From the IMG/VR virus record IMGVR_UViG_3300034358_000008, positions 124,001 through 188,000 of that record: a stretch of 64,000 nt of DNA. The stretch is one strand, 5' to 3'. The notes beneath the pieces are model-generated. The model was not told the origin of the DNA, searched no databases, and saw only the letters and a program-made list of their open reading frames with translations. Below, one piece after another: positions 9,134 to 17,761 of this stretch. How positions within the stretch are numbered: the first letter of the stretch is position 1; every line of letters starts with the position of its first letter. Both the position numbers and the translations under genes were made by a program.

Positions 9134-11109
9134 GAAAGCTGAATGAGTATAGCGCGCAACAGATCGCGGCGATGTCGTATGATGATCTGTTTGCACTTCC
9201 AGCAGAATGGCACAAGGTAAAGTTCGCTGATGGTGATGTAATCACCAAAGACCGAATCACTAAACTGACAGCCATGCTCTGGGCACCTTTCAAAGCATAT
9301 CCCGAGGTACCAATCTTGAAGGAACACCACCTTCAAGAACAACGCGTTACAGCGAAGTCTCTGGTGAAGATGCTGAATAAGATTATCTGGCACATCCATG
9401 CCAAGAATCCGACTCCAGTAGATCCAGAACACTTAGCCCGATTGGCTATTGAAGCTAAGAACGTGTTCTACAATCAATCCGCCCTGAAGCTTCCTGAATA
9501 CTTCGCAACGCTCAGCATGTTTGAGATTAACGAAGTATGGCAGCACCCTAAGATCCGCGAGGCCAATACAGACATTGAGCCTACTACGCATGGTATCGAA
9601 GGGATCTCGTATAAGAAACTCAAAGATGCTTTCATGGACCCCGATCTGTTTATCGGTAACTCGATCATCGAGGGTCTTAAGTCTGGTACTCAGAAGATCG
9701 AACAGCTTTATCAAGCATTCGGTCCTCGGGGTTTCCCAACAGACATCAACTCTGACATCTTCCCAGAACCTGTGTTGCAAGGCTACATTGAAGGTATCTG
9801 GGGTTTGTACGAGAACATGGTTGAATCCCGTTCTGGTACTAAGGCTCTGCTGTATAACAAAGAACTGCTCCGGGTAACCGAGTACTTCAACCGTAAGTCT
9901 CAACTGATCGCTCAGTATGTACGGAACTTGCATCGTGGTGATTGTGGTGCCGATTACGTTACCTTCCCGGTAATGAAAGGTTATCTCCGTTCCATGAATG
10001 GTAAGTTCTATCTGAACGAAGAGACTGGACTGATGGATGTACTGACAGGTGAAGAAACTCATCTGATCGGTAAGCGTATCAAGATGCGATCCGTAATGGG
10101 TTGCATGCATAAAGATCCACAAGGTGTGTGCTCGACTTGTTATGGTCTGCTGGCGGATAACATCCCTCATGGTACCAACATCGGTCAAGTAGCCGCAGTA
10201 TCGATGGGTGACAAAATCACCTCGTCTGTATTGTCGACTAAGCACACTGATGCAACTTCTGCGGTAGAGCAATATAAGCTAGGTGGCATTGAAGCCAATT
10301 ACCTGCGTGAAGGTACTCAATCAGAAACGTTGTATCTGAAACGAGAACTGGATGGTAAAGGCTACAAGCTAATGATCTCTCGTGCAGAAGCGGCTAACCT
10401 CGCTGACGTACTGATGATCGAAAACCTACATGGCTATCCTCCGACGTCTGCGTCTGAGATGACTCGTTGTGGTTTGGTACGGAATGTAGGTGGTGAGGAC
10501 GTAGGTGACGTTCTGACGGTATCGCTGTATAACCGTAAGGCTAGTTTGTCGCTTGACATGTTGAAGCACATCAAGCAAGTACGCTGGACTCCCGATGATC
10601 GTGGTAACATTATCATCGACATGGAAGGGTTTGATTTCAATCTACCTTTCCTGACTCTGCCGTATAAGCACGTTAACATGTACGAAGTGATGAAGCGTAT
10701 CCAATCGTTCCTCCACTCGGGTTCTGACACTGAAGGTTCGAAGCTTAGTTCTGACAAGGTAGGTTTTACTAGCAAGACTTATCTAAAGAACTACTCTTCC
10801 GTGATCGAAGGTGTGGTGGCTCTAGCACAGCTGGTTAACGAAAAGATCAATCTGCCAATGGTGCACTGCGAAGTACTCGCGTATGCTATGACAGTAAAAT
10901 CGATCCAGCAGAAAGACTTCAACCTGCCTAAGCCAGGGATTAGCGGTCAGTTTGAGAAGTATAACAAGCTGATGCAATCTCGTGACTTGGCCGGTACGAT
11001 GGCTTTCGAGAAACAACATGAACCATTTGCCAACCCTGCAAGCTTCCTGTATACACAACGTAACGATCACCCTTATGTGAACGCGGTGATGGGAGGAAAG
11101 CTTAACTAA
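9130..11109 (+). CDS. rpoC: Non-virion RNA polymerase beta' subunit, C-terminal part (phiKZ gp74-like)
   Basis: Bridge-helix region ESRSGTKAL...EYFNRKSQL...DCG; zinc motif RSVMGC...VCSTCYG; trigger-loop region NIGQVAAVSMGDKITSSVLSTKH; ATGA overlap with beta. Confidence 0.92.
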   Translation: MRKLNEYSAQQIAAMSYDDLFALPAEWHKVKFADGDVITKDRITKLTAMLWAPFKAYPEVPILKEHHLQEQRVTAKSLVKMLNKIIWHIHAKNPTPVDPEHLARLAIEAKNVFYNQSALKLPEYFATLSMFEINEVWQHPKIREANTDIEPTTHGIEGISYKKLKDAFMDPDLFIGNSIIEGLKSGTQKIEQLYQAFGPRGFPTDINSDIFPEPVLQGYIEGIWGLYENMVESRSGTKALLYNKELLRVTEYFNRKSQLIAQYVRNLHRGDCGADYVTFPVMKGYLRSMNGKFYLNEETGLMDVLTGEETHLIGKRIKMRSVMGCMHKDPQGVCSTCYGLLADNIPHGTNIGQVAAVSMGDKITSSVLSTKHTDATSAVEQYKLGGIEANYLREGTQSETLYLKRELDGKGYKLMISRAEAANLADVLMIENLHGYPPTSASEMTRCGLVRNVGGEDVGDVLTVSLYNRKASLSLDMLKHIKQVRWTPDDRGNIIIDMEGFDFNLPFLTLPYKHVNMYEVMKRIQSFLHSGSDTEGSKLSSDKVGFTSKTYLKNYSSVIEGVVALAQLVNEKINLPMVHCEVLAYAMTVKSIQQKDFNLPKPGISGQFEKYNKLMQSRDLAGTMAFEKQHEPFANPASFLYTQRNDHPYVNAVMGGKLN

Positions 11110-11170
11110 GACGGAGGTCGGGGCATTCGAGAGGGGCTACGGCCTCTCTCGTCTACCTTGTTAATTTTTT

Positions 11171-12712
11171 ATGCAACCCCTATTAAAAGCTGAACGTTAT
11201 ACACACGGAGTTCGCCTATCGGGATTCACACGAGAAACATTTGAGAAGATGGCTGGGTTTCTGGAAGGTCTGTGCCTGAAAGAACCAAAGAAACTTCCGG
11301 GTGGCCGGATGATCATGGAGTTGAAGAAGAAGTATTACGGTGTTTTTGAAGACTTCAAAGAGGTCTATCTCCATCGTAACTCCTTCGAAGACCTTGTGAA
11401 CTATCTAGCCAATCGGAACATCCCAAGAGAAGCTATCGAAGTTACTGAAGTTCCTATTCCAGTAGCTGCCGGTGCTTCCTATGAAATGTACGAGAAATAC
11501 GTACTGCGGGATTATCAAGAGCTTATTGTTGAAGACATCTTGAGGCTAGGGTATCACTCAGCTCGCGTAGATCTACAAACAGGTAAGGGTAAGACCCTAA
11601 GTGCCTTGGCTGCTTTAGCCAAACGTGGTGGTCGTGCTGTAGTAATGGTTCCGCCTAAGTACTTCGGTATTTGGATTGAGGCATTGACGAACACCTATAA
11701 AGGCTACGAGAATCCAAGCAGTAAGTGGATGACCGTAAGTGGTTCCGCCGAACTCCAAAAACTCATTGACAGAGGAATCGAAAATGACCTGGAGGGTGTT
11801 GACGTTATCGTCATCTCCAACGTCACGTACCGCTCGTACATTGACAACTTCGAAAAGTATGGCCATGAAATTGTTGCTCTGGGTTATAACGCTCCGCCTC
11901 CAAGGTTCCATGAGGCAATCCGAGTGGGTATGCAGATCAATGACGAGATCCAAGAAGATCCGGGGCTTGTGTATCGCATCGATATGTATAGCAACGTTAA
12001 TCTTCAAATCTATCTGTCTGCTACTCCTTTTACAGGTAATGCCTACGTAACGAAAATGATCGAGAAGATGTTGCCGCCGAATACCATGGTGCGTTTGCCA
12101 AGTATCGATGTCTACATTAACTGTTTAGGTTTGATTTACTCTGAACCTAAGATCAAACCCAAAGACTATCTAACACCGTTCAAGAACACGTATAACCATG
12201 CGCGTTATGAAACGGTTATGATGAAAGACAAAACGCGGTTGCACAATTACCTTAAGATGGTGGGTAAGATTACATCAGCGTTGTTTGTCAAAGACCGACA
12301 ACCGGGTCAGAAGATGCTTCTGTTGTGTGCTACCGTTGCGTTCATTGAGACCGTAACCAAGTACCTAGTGGAGCTTTACCCTGATCTGGAAATCAATGGT
12401 CACGTCTCTGGATGTCCATACGAACGTTTGCTTAAGAACGATATTACGGTCTCGACGATTAAGTCATCGGGTACAGGTGTCGACATTCCTAACCTACGTG
12501 AAGTTGGTTTGCTCCAAGCTACTGACTCAAAGAAAGATAACATTCAGATCTTAGGTCGTCTACGTAAATTGCGTGACTTCCCTGACCTGACGCCAAGGCT
12601 TACGTTCTTGGCATGTGAGGCAATCCCTCAGCACTGTAAATACGCAAAGAACAAGAAAGAGCACTTCGCTGGTCGAACGCTTAACTTCAAGATGATGCGT
12701 ATAGCCATGTAA
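11171..12712 (+). CDS. SF2 DExx-box helicase (phiKZ gp75-like)
   Basis: LRDYQ Q-motif; Walker A LQTGKGKT; DEIQ; SATP; GTGVDIP; QILGRLR. Confidence 0.9.
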   Translation: MQPLLKAERYTHGVRLSGFTRETFEKMAGFLEGLCLKEPKKLPGGRMIMELKKKYYGVFEDFKEVYLHRNSFEDLVNYLANRNIPREAIEVTEVPIPVAAGASYEMYEKYVLRDYQELIVEDILRLGYHSARVDLQTGKGKTLSALAALAKRGGRAVVMVPPKYFGIWIEALTNTYKGYENPSSKWMTVSGSAELQKLIDRGIENDLEGVDVIVISNVTYRSYIDNFEKYGHEIVALGYNAPPPRFHEAIRVGMQINDEIQEDPGLVYRIDMYSNVNLQIYLSATPFTGNAYVTKMIEKMLPPNTMVRLPSIDVYINCLGLIYSEPKIKPKDYLTPFKNTYNHARYETVMMKDKTRLHNYLKMVGKITSALFVKDRQPGQKMLLLCATVAFIETVTKYLVELYPDLEINGHVSGCPYERLLKNDITVSTIKSSGTGVDIPNLREVGLLQATDSKKDNIQILGRLRKLRDFPDLTPRLTFLACEAIPQHCKYAKNKKEHFAGRTLNFKMMRIAM

Positions 12713-12716
12713 ACCA

Positions 12717-12742
12717 GTCCCTCCTTCGGGAGGGGCTTTATT
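12717..12742 (+). terminator. Intrinsic terminator
   Basis: GTCCCTCC-TTCG-GGAGGGGC-TTTATT after the helicase stop. Confidence 0.75.
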
Positions 12743-12757
12743 CCGTCTCGAGGTCAC

Positions 12758-12961
12758 ATGAGTACATTTCAATTCTGTTGGGGGATCGGTATCTTCCTTT
12801 TGGCGATGATAACCTACAGCTATATCTTTATTAAAGCTTATAAGAAAGCTAAGGGTTATACCTACTACCGTATCTTCCTTGGTCTTTTGCTGTTGGCCAT
12901 TGATCTAGCGTTTATCGGTTGTATGGTGATCATGTATAAAGTGTACGTGGGGTTAGTTTGA
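12758..12961 (+). CDS. Small membrane protein (two hydrophobic segments)
   Basis: 67 aa; SD GAGG; two hydrophobic stretches separated by a K/Y-rich loop. Confidence 0.7.
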   Translation: MSTFQFCWGIGIFLLAMITYSYIFIKAYKKAKGYTYYRIFLGLLLLAIDLAFIGCMVIMYKVYVGLV

Positions 12962-13185
12962 TGGAACTGTTTATAGTACTAAAACTATTCACTATCGTCT
13001 ACGCCTGTGGGTCGGTCATACAGGCCCTGTCGTTCCATCTGGCGATGTTTAAGCCTAGGGACCACCGTTATGCCAAGTACATGCTTGATAGCTTTGTAAT
13101 GTTCTGTCTGAGCCTTGGTGCGTGGTTTGCAGTAAATCTAATAGAAGCTACTTATCTTGAAATGCTTGCGAGGAATGCAGTATGA
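12958..13185 (+). CDS. Small membrane protein
   Basis: 75 aa; overlaps previous stop; two hydrophobic stretches. Confidence 0.65.
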   Translation: MMELFIVLKLFTIVYACGSVIQALSFHLAMFKPRDHRYAKYMLDSFVMFCLSLGAWFAVNLIEATYLEMLARNAV

Positions 13186-13406
13186 GTATAGATCTCAATA
13201 TCAAAGTTATCTACGGGTTGATCCCAGTGGTGTGTATTCTGTTAGCCTCCATGGTCTACATGTCGGTGAAGATGAACTCTGGTGTGGCTGATGTCACGGC
13301 AGCTCAATGGAATTGCTTCCGGTATACAACTTGGACTACGGTCGGTACATGTGTATTGTTAGTGATAGCATCGGTTACACTACTAATACGTCAGCAACTG
13401 CAATAG
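13182..13406 (+). CDS. Small membrane protein
   Basis: 74 aa; ATGA overlap; SD GAGG; two hydrophobic stretches. Confidence 0.7.
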   Translation: MSIDLNIKVIYGLIPVVCILLASMVYMSVKMNSGVADVTAAQWNCFRYTTWTTVGTCVLLVIASVTLLIRQQLQ

Positions 13407-13437
13407 AACCCTTTTAAAGGGTATATTACGTGGGTGA
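13404..13437 (+). promoter_or_regulatory. Early (virion RNAP) promoter TAGAA-N13-TATATTAC-N4-GTGA
   Basis: TATATTAC at 13422-13429 is the known phiKZ early promoter core. Confidence 0.8.
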
Positions 13438-13453
13438 ACTAGAGGAGGTGCAT

Positions 13454-13630
13454 ATGTACGCAATCGTTCTACTTCACACGCTAGTACTGTTGTTGTCAAT
13501 ATGGATGGTATTTATTGGACTTAAGTGTTCAACTCCAGCGCGGGTGGTTTCAATGATACTACTCAGTATCGCACTAATCGCGTTGGATGGATATTCATTC
13601 ATGATGTTCCTAGATACACTTGGAGGTTAG
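13454..13630 (+). CDS. Small membrane protein
   Basis: ATG at 13454 after GAGGAGG; two hydrophobic stretches. Confidence 0.7.
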   Translation: MYAIVLLHTLVLLLSIWMVFIGLKCSTPARVVSMILLSIALIALDGYSFMMFLDTLGG

Positions 13631-13632
13631 GC

Positions 13633-13782
13633 ATGGCTATTTTAGTTTTGTTCTATGCCGTGGTAGCAGTGTTGTCGCTGGGTATGATGGTCATGGGACG
13701 TTGGTTGACTGTGGCTGGCGTACTGCTATTCCTTCTTGATGGTTGGGCCTTCTGGGAGTTTCTGGAGGTCCTAAAGAGGTGA
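13633..13782 (+). CDS. Small membrane protein (49 aa)
   Basis: ATG at 13633 after GGAGG; MAILVLFYAVVAVLSLG...; in frame with ORF-track 13525..13782. Confidence 0.7.
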   Translation: MAILVLFYAVVAVLSLGMMVMGRWLTVAGVLLFLLDGWAFWEFLEVLKR

Positions 13783-13785
13783 TGT

Positions 13786-13998
13786 ATGGAATATCTGCTG
13801 ATGGTCGTTGCACTGGTCTACGGTTTCCTGTTCTTTAAAGCTTTAGGGAGATTGATGATCTGTAACTTTAATATCACGTTGTTTCTAAGTGAGAGCACCT
13901 ATGCCTGGATGGGATTCTTTTTCCTCTTCAATCTGGTTGCACTTATCTTCGCTGGCGGCGGCATGGTTATTAAAGCAATGGTTGATGCAACACTCTGA
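13786..13998 (+). CDS. Small membrane protein
   Basis: 70 aa; SD GAGGTG; hydrophobic. Confidence 0.7.
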   Translation: MEYLLMVVALVYGFLFFKALGRLMICNFNITLFLSESTYAWMGFFFLFNLVALIFAGGGMVIKAMVDATL

Positions 13999-14008
13999 TA
14001 CGGCATAA

Positions 14009-14050
14009 GCCCCCTCCGATTGGAGGGGGCAATATGTTCTTTTTTTTTTT
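14009..14050 (+). terminator. Terminator between convergent genes
   Basis: GCCCCCTCC-GATT-GGAGGGGGC followed by an 11-T run. Confidence 0.8.
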
Positions 14051-14053
14051 GCG

Positions 14054-14434
14054 TTATCCCAACCCTTTAAGGAGTTGGTTTGCACTGATCCCTTCTTGAA
14101 CCGATTTAGATTCAGCTATGGTTACCATGAACCGAGCGTCATCGAAAGGTAGTTCGAAGAACTCATTGATGCTGAGTCCGTTAACTAGATGGATACGGTA
14201 GTTAATAAACTTACGTTGCCATGTTCGTCTAGGGCCACCTTCAATGATGTTTTCCTTAGGATGCAATCGCACTAAGTCTAAGGGGTCATTGGTTTGGTGC
14301 GTGCAGATACCGCGATCTTGTTGATACGCTTTGCGGGTGACCATCTGTGTAACTACGGGGCGCATCGGTCCCTGAGTCATATAGAGATCTTCCAGTTTGG
14401 AGTTCTCTATTTCCTGCAAACCGAATGACAGCAT
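14054..14434 (-). CDS. Chaperone 'T'-like domain; probably also or only made as a -1 frameshift extension of the 530-aa gene
   Basis: GLSINEFFELPFDDARFMV resembles the gpT/gp51-type motif; frame stays open upstream through the TTTTTT run at 14541-14536. Confidence 0.6.
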   Translation of the reverse strand: MLSFGLQEIENSKLEDLYMTQGPMRPVVTQMVTRKAYQQDRGICTHQTNDPLDLVRLHPKENIIEGGPRRTWQRKFINYRIHLVNGLSINEFFELPFDDARFMVTIAESKSVQEGISANQLLKGLG

Positions 14435-14499
14435 CGTGACGTGTCCATCCGGGTCGGATAGGTCAATTCCTAACCGACTGGATTTAGGGTCTTTAGCTT

Positions 14500-16092
14500 C
14501 TACCCCTGGTGAGACACTTTCCGGGCCGCTAACGTAAAAAACGTTGAGAGCATGTCAATCGGTACCAAGTGCGGCAACCGTTCGTTGAATGCAATCCCTT
14601 GTGGGGACTTACACGTCGAGCACTGGTGCGATGGGATAGCGATTACACCAATGATAGATTCGTTAGCGTACGCGTTAACACGTTCAACGAATTTGTCGAA
14701 GTACTCATGTTCCGAAATAGTCGAGGAAATGAATTCCATGATAACTTCAGGATCGTCCGTAAAGAGCTGGTCTTCAAAGTCTACGGCTTCTTCATCTTTC
14801 AGGTAGATTGCAGACACCCAGTGTGCGTACTGAGTCGCTTTGGTAGCCGATTGCAGACGACGGATGTACTCGAACCGCTGATTACCGTCTGGGGACTCGT
14901 TAAAGGCTCCCTGAGACATTTCGATGAGAGTATCGTACCAAAGCTTAGCTGCGATACGACGTTCAGCTACGGACGGTGGAGACAGTTTGATACCAACGTC
15001 ATTCAGCCAGACAACCTTAGCGTTACCGATACTGAATGCCTTACGGTATTCAACGAAAGCATCTTCTGGTTGTGCGTCCAAACGCTTAGCGATGAACTTA
15101 CGTTGTTCGATGGTGTATACCGAGTCATCGTAGTTAACGATGTTCGACATGTTCATCTTAAACTCAGTTACGCCAGAGCAGTTACGTGGATCAGCGATAC
15201 ATGGTACCGAGTAGTTGAAACCATCAGGGTACATTACCGATGCCAGTGCGTGATGCAGAATGCACTCGTCAAAGATACTGATCTCAGACTCAAGGTCCGA
15301 TGGAGTTTTGTACTGACGGTTAGAGCTAGTAACACAACTCATAGCCAAATCAGTTACAGCATCCAGCATACGGAAGCTTGCGTGAGAGAATGCCAAACCT
15401 TTGGTGTCGTTACCGAGTTGTACACGGATAGACTGGAGTTCAGTTTGCATTGCTACTACTTCACCCAGCGAAGGACGACGCAGCCGGACCCAAATACCAG
15501 AGTGTGGCAAGAAGGTTTCGTATGTACCACCCATACCCGAACGATAGCTCAGGTAAGCCAGTGCGGCTTCTTTGGATTGACGCTTAGATTTGTCGTAAGT
15601 CTGTGCAGGACGACCCGGACGAACCAGCTTGGTATGGTTTGGTACAGAAGCACCGTCACGCCAGAAAGAACCTTCACGACTGAGAGCACCAGTAGGAGCT
15701 TCATCAAGAGAGATGTTCTGCAAACCAGAGATCAATGCTGCCAGCCACTTAACGTCGGTGCTAGTATTGGTGAGTTCACCATTACGCATTGCTTCTAGCA
15801 GTTCGTTGTTACGTTCGAGAACTTCGTTAAGCGTATTGAAGTTTTCACGTACGTAAGAGATGATTGGCAGTTCACCTTTAATAGGTTCGCCAGCAGCTTT
15901 ACGTTCGTGTTGGAAGTTTTGCTCAGTCTGTAGTGGAGTCCACAGTTTTTCTGGCTCAGGTTCTGGCAGGTCCAGATTAGGTGGCATACCAACAGACTCA
16001 GGAGATGCTACAAACTCATTGGTATAGTCATCTTCTGTATCGAACCGATCAGGTACTTGTACTTCAGATTCGATGTTTTCGTTATCGCCCAT
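14500..16092 (-). CDS. Tail/baseplate-hub assembly chaperone-like protein (phiKZ gp77 position)
   Basis: 530 aa; LPHSGIWVRLR, C-x6-C and CSTC zinc-type motifs, FF near the C-terminus; resembles T4 gp26/gp51-type chaperones. Confidence 0.55.
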   Translation of the reverse strand: MGDNENIESEVQVPDRFDTEDDYTNEFVASPESVGMPPNLDLPEPEPEKLWTPLQTEQNFQHERKAAGEPIKGELPIISYVRENFNTLNEVLERNNELLEAMRNGELTNTSTDVKWLAALISGLQNISLDEAPTGALSREGSFWRDGASVPNHTKLVRPGRPAQTYDKSKRQSKEAALAYLSYRSGMGGTYETFLPHSGIWVRLRRPSLGEVVAMQTELQSIRVQLGNDTKGLAFSHASFRMLDAVTDLAMSCVTSSNRQYKTPSDLESEISIFDECILHHALASVMYPDGFNYSVPCIADPRNCSGVTEFKMNMSNIVNYDDSVYTIEQRKFIAKRLDAQPEDAFVEYRKAFSIGNAKVVWLNDVGIKLSPPSVAERRIAAKLWYDTLIEMSQGAFNESPDGNQRFEYIRRLQSATKATQYAHWVSAIYLKDEEAVDFEDQLFTDDPEVIMEFISSTISEHEYFDKFVERVNAYANESIIGVIAIPSHQCSTCKSPQGIAFNERLPHLVPIDMLSTFFTLAARKVSHQG

Positions 16093-16094
16093 GT

Positions 16095-16787
16095 TTAAGC
16101 CTCAATATTCAATTCGGTGATACCAACAGCTTCCAGTTCTTCCATCAGGACTAGGATCAGCGGTTGGACAGCTTGTTCGATGTGACCTTGGATCTTGGTA
16201 TAGTCCATAGTCAGTTTGCTGATGAGTTCGATGTCAGCTGGGGTAGGCTTACCTTTCTTACCGGTAGCTTTCTCGCCCAGAGCTTTGACAGCAACCATCA
16301 AATGCGTGATGTCATTGGAGAGCGTATCGAAACGCTTTTCGAACCCTTCGGGATCAGTCAGTTTAAGTTTGTAGTCTTGAATATTAACGCCGACCGGCAG
16401 AACAAACAGGCTGGTCTGACTAATTGAATTGAGTGCAGCTTCTTGCATTTGATGAACGATGCTCCAACCATCTTGAGCGAGTAGCTCATTGGCAGCTTCA
16501 GCAGATTGTTCGATCACTTTGTTCATGTCTACGTTTGGAGTTTCTTGTTGCATGGTGGATTCCTTGTTAAAGATCTTGTCGAGCGCAGCAGAGAGTCTTG
16601 CTTCGTCTTCGGGAGTAGGTGGTGGTCGACCGGCGAACTCATGTGCATTAGCGATGGTAGAGAGATCACGACCTTCTACTTGGGCGACATGTTTCAATGC
16701 AGTCACAAGACCAGCTTTTTCTTCTTCGGTCCAAACATGGGGTGGGTGACCAGTCGGAGCTTGGAAATGACAGAGGCTAAGGTCCAT
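16095..16787 (-). CDS. Hypothetical protein (phiKZ gp78 position)
   Basis: ATG at 16787 after AAGGA; second SD-led in-frame ATG at 16553. Confidence 0.6.
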   Translation of the reverse strand: MDLSLCHFQAPTGHPPHVWTEEEKAGLVTALKHVAQVEGRDLSTIANAHEFAGRPPPTPEDEARLSAALDKIFNKESTMQQETPNVDMNKVIEQSAEAANELLAQDGWSIVHQMQEAALNSISQTSLFVLPVGVNIQDYKLKLTDPEGFEKRFDTLSNDITHLMVAVKALGEKATGKKGKPTPADIELISKLTMDYTKIQGHIEQAVQPLILVLMEELEAVGITELNIEA

Positions 16788-16909
16788 TGGATTTTCCTTA
16801 CGGCACGGTTGATAACATAGATAATACACCTTCGGTAATCTTTGTTCCTTATTAAAGAGTACGGTGCTACCTAACGGTATGTTAAACCTATCTACCTAAA
16901 GGTACTTAA

Positions 16910-17761
16910 ATGAAACTCGAAATCCAAGATGCCCTCTCGAGCTTGATTCCACCAGAGCAGATGCAGATCATTTCTGACGTCGTCGATACTCTATTGGAGA
17001 AAGACTATGGCTTGGCACTCGATGAGCTGAACCAAGTTTTGATGATGGCTGACGATATGGCCGACTCAAGCATGTTGGTTGCTCGGGTACAAGACATCCT
17101 GACGTACGCTATGAACTATTGCCTTAACGACTATGGTATCACACTCGGTGAAGATGCTTCGTTGAAACTTCGGCATGACATTTATAAGACGCTCATTTAC
17201 ATCCCGCACTACATCATCCCTGACGATCTAGCCCACATCTTTAATAGCGATTACGATAACCAAGAAACTATCGCTCAGATCGTACCTTACTTCACGGACC
17301 ATCCTGCTGATGTTGCGCTGGAACATATTGAAGAAGTTAGTGATAACATCATCGGTTACCTTCGTGAATCTATTAATGCTCGACTGAAGACTCAAGGTGA
17401 GTACGTCGGTGGTCGTGTAGATGCTGATCGAGTTAAGGTCATTAACCGTCTGCTGCACACTAATGAACCGGGTAAGTTCAGTATGATGGTAGAGCTGGCT
17501 AACGCTGGTGTACGGGTAGGTCGTCCTTATGAAGAACTAATCAATCTGAGCTTCGAACAACTCGAAGGTCGGAACCCAGTTGAAGCTGCTGCACAGATGG
17601 TAGGACTTGCATTCTTTAGTGACTTGCCTATCGGTGGTATCTGGCGACAAATCGATACTTCTCTGGATGACTACACTGATAACCCGATGGAAAGACGAAT
17701 CATGCTCGATGAGATCGGCACCATCAAACGTAACGTTGGTAACTTAGATGAAGCTACGTGA
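16910..17761 (+). CDS. Conserved protein (phiKZ gp79-like)
   Basis: 283 aa; SD AAGG; overlaps the start of the vRNAP beta' gene. Confidence 0.7.
   Translation: MKLEIQDALSSLIPPEQMQIISDVVDTLLEKDYGLALDELNQVLMMADDMADSSMLVARVQDILTYAMNYCLNDYGITLGEDASLKLRHDIYKTLIYIPHYIIPDDLAHIFNSDYDNQETIAQIVPYFTDHPADVALEHIEEVSDNIIGYLRESINARLKTQGEYVGGRVDADRVKVINRLLHTNEPGKFSMMVELANAGVRVGRPYEELINLSFEQLEGRNPVEAAAQMVGLAFFSDLPIGGIWRQIDTSLDDYTDNPMERRIMLDEIGTIKRNVGNLDEAT

Noticed and set aside
14040-14050. Phase-variable poly-T tract
   Set aside because: Intergenic and explained as the U tail of the adjacent terminator
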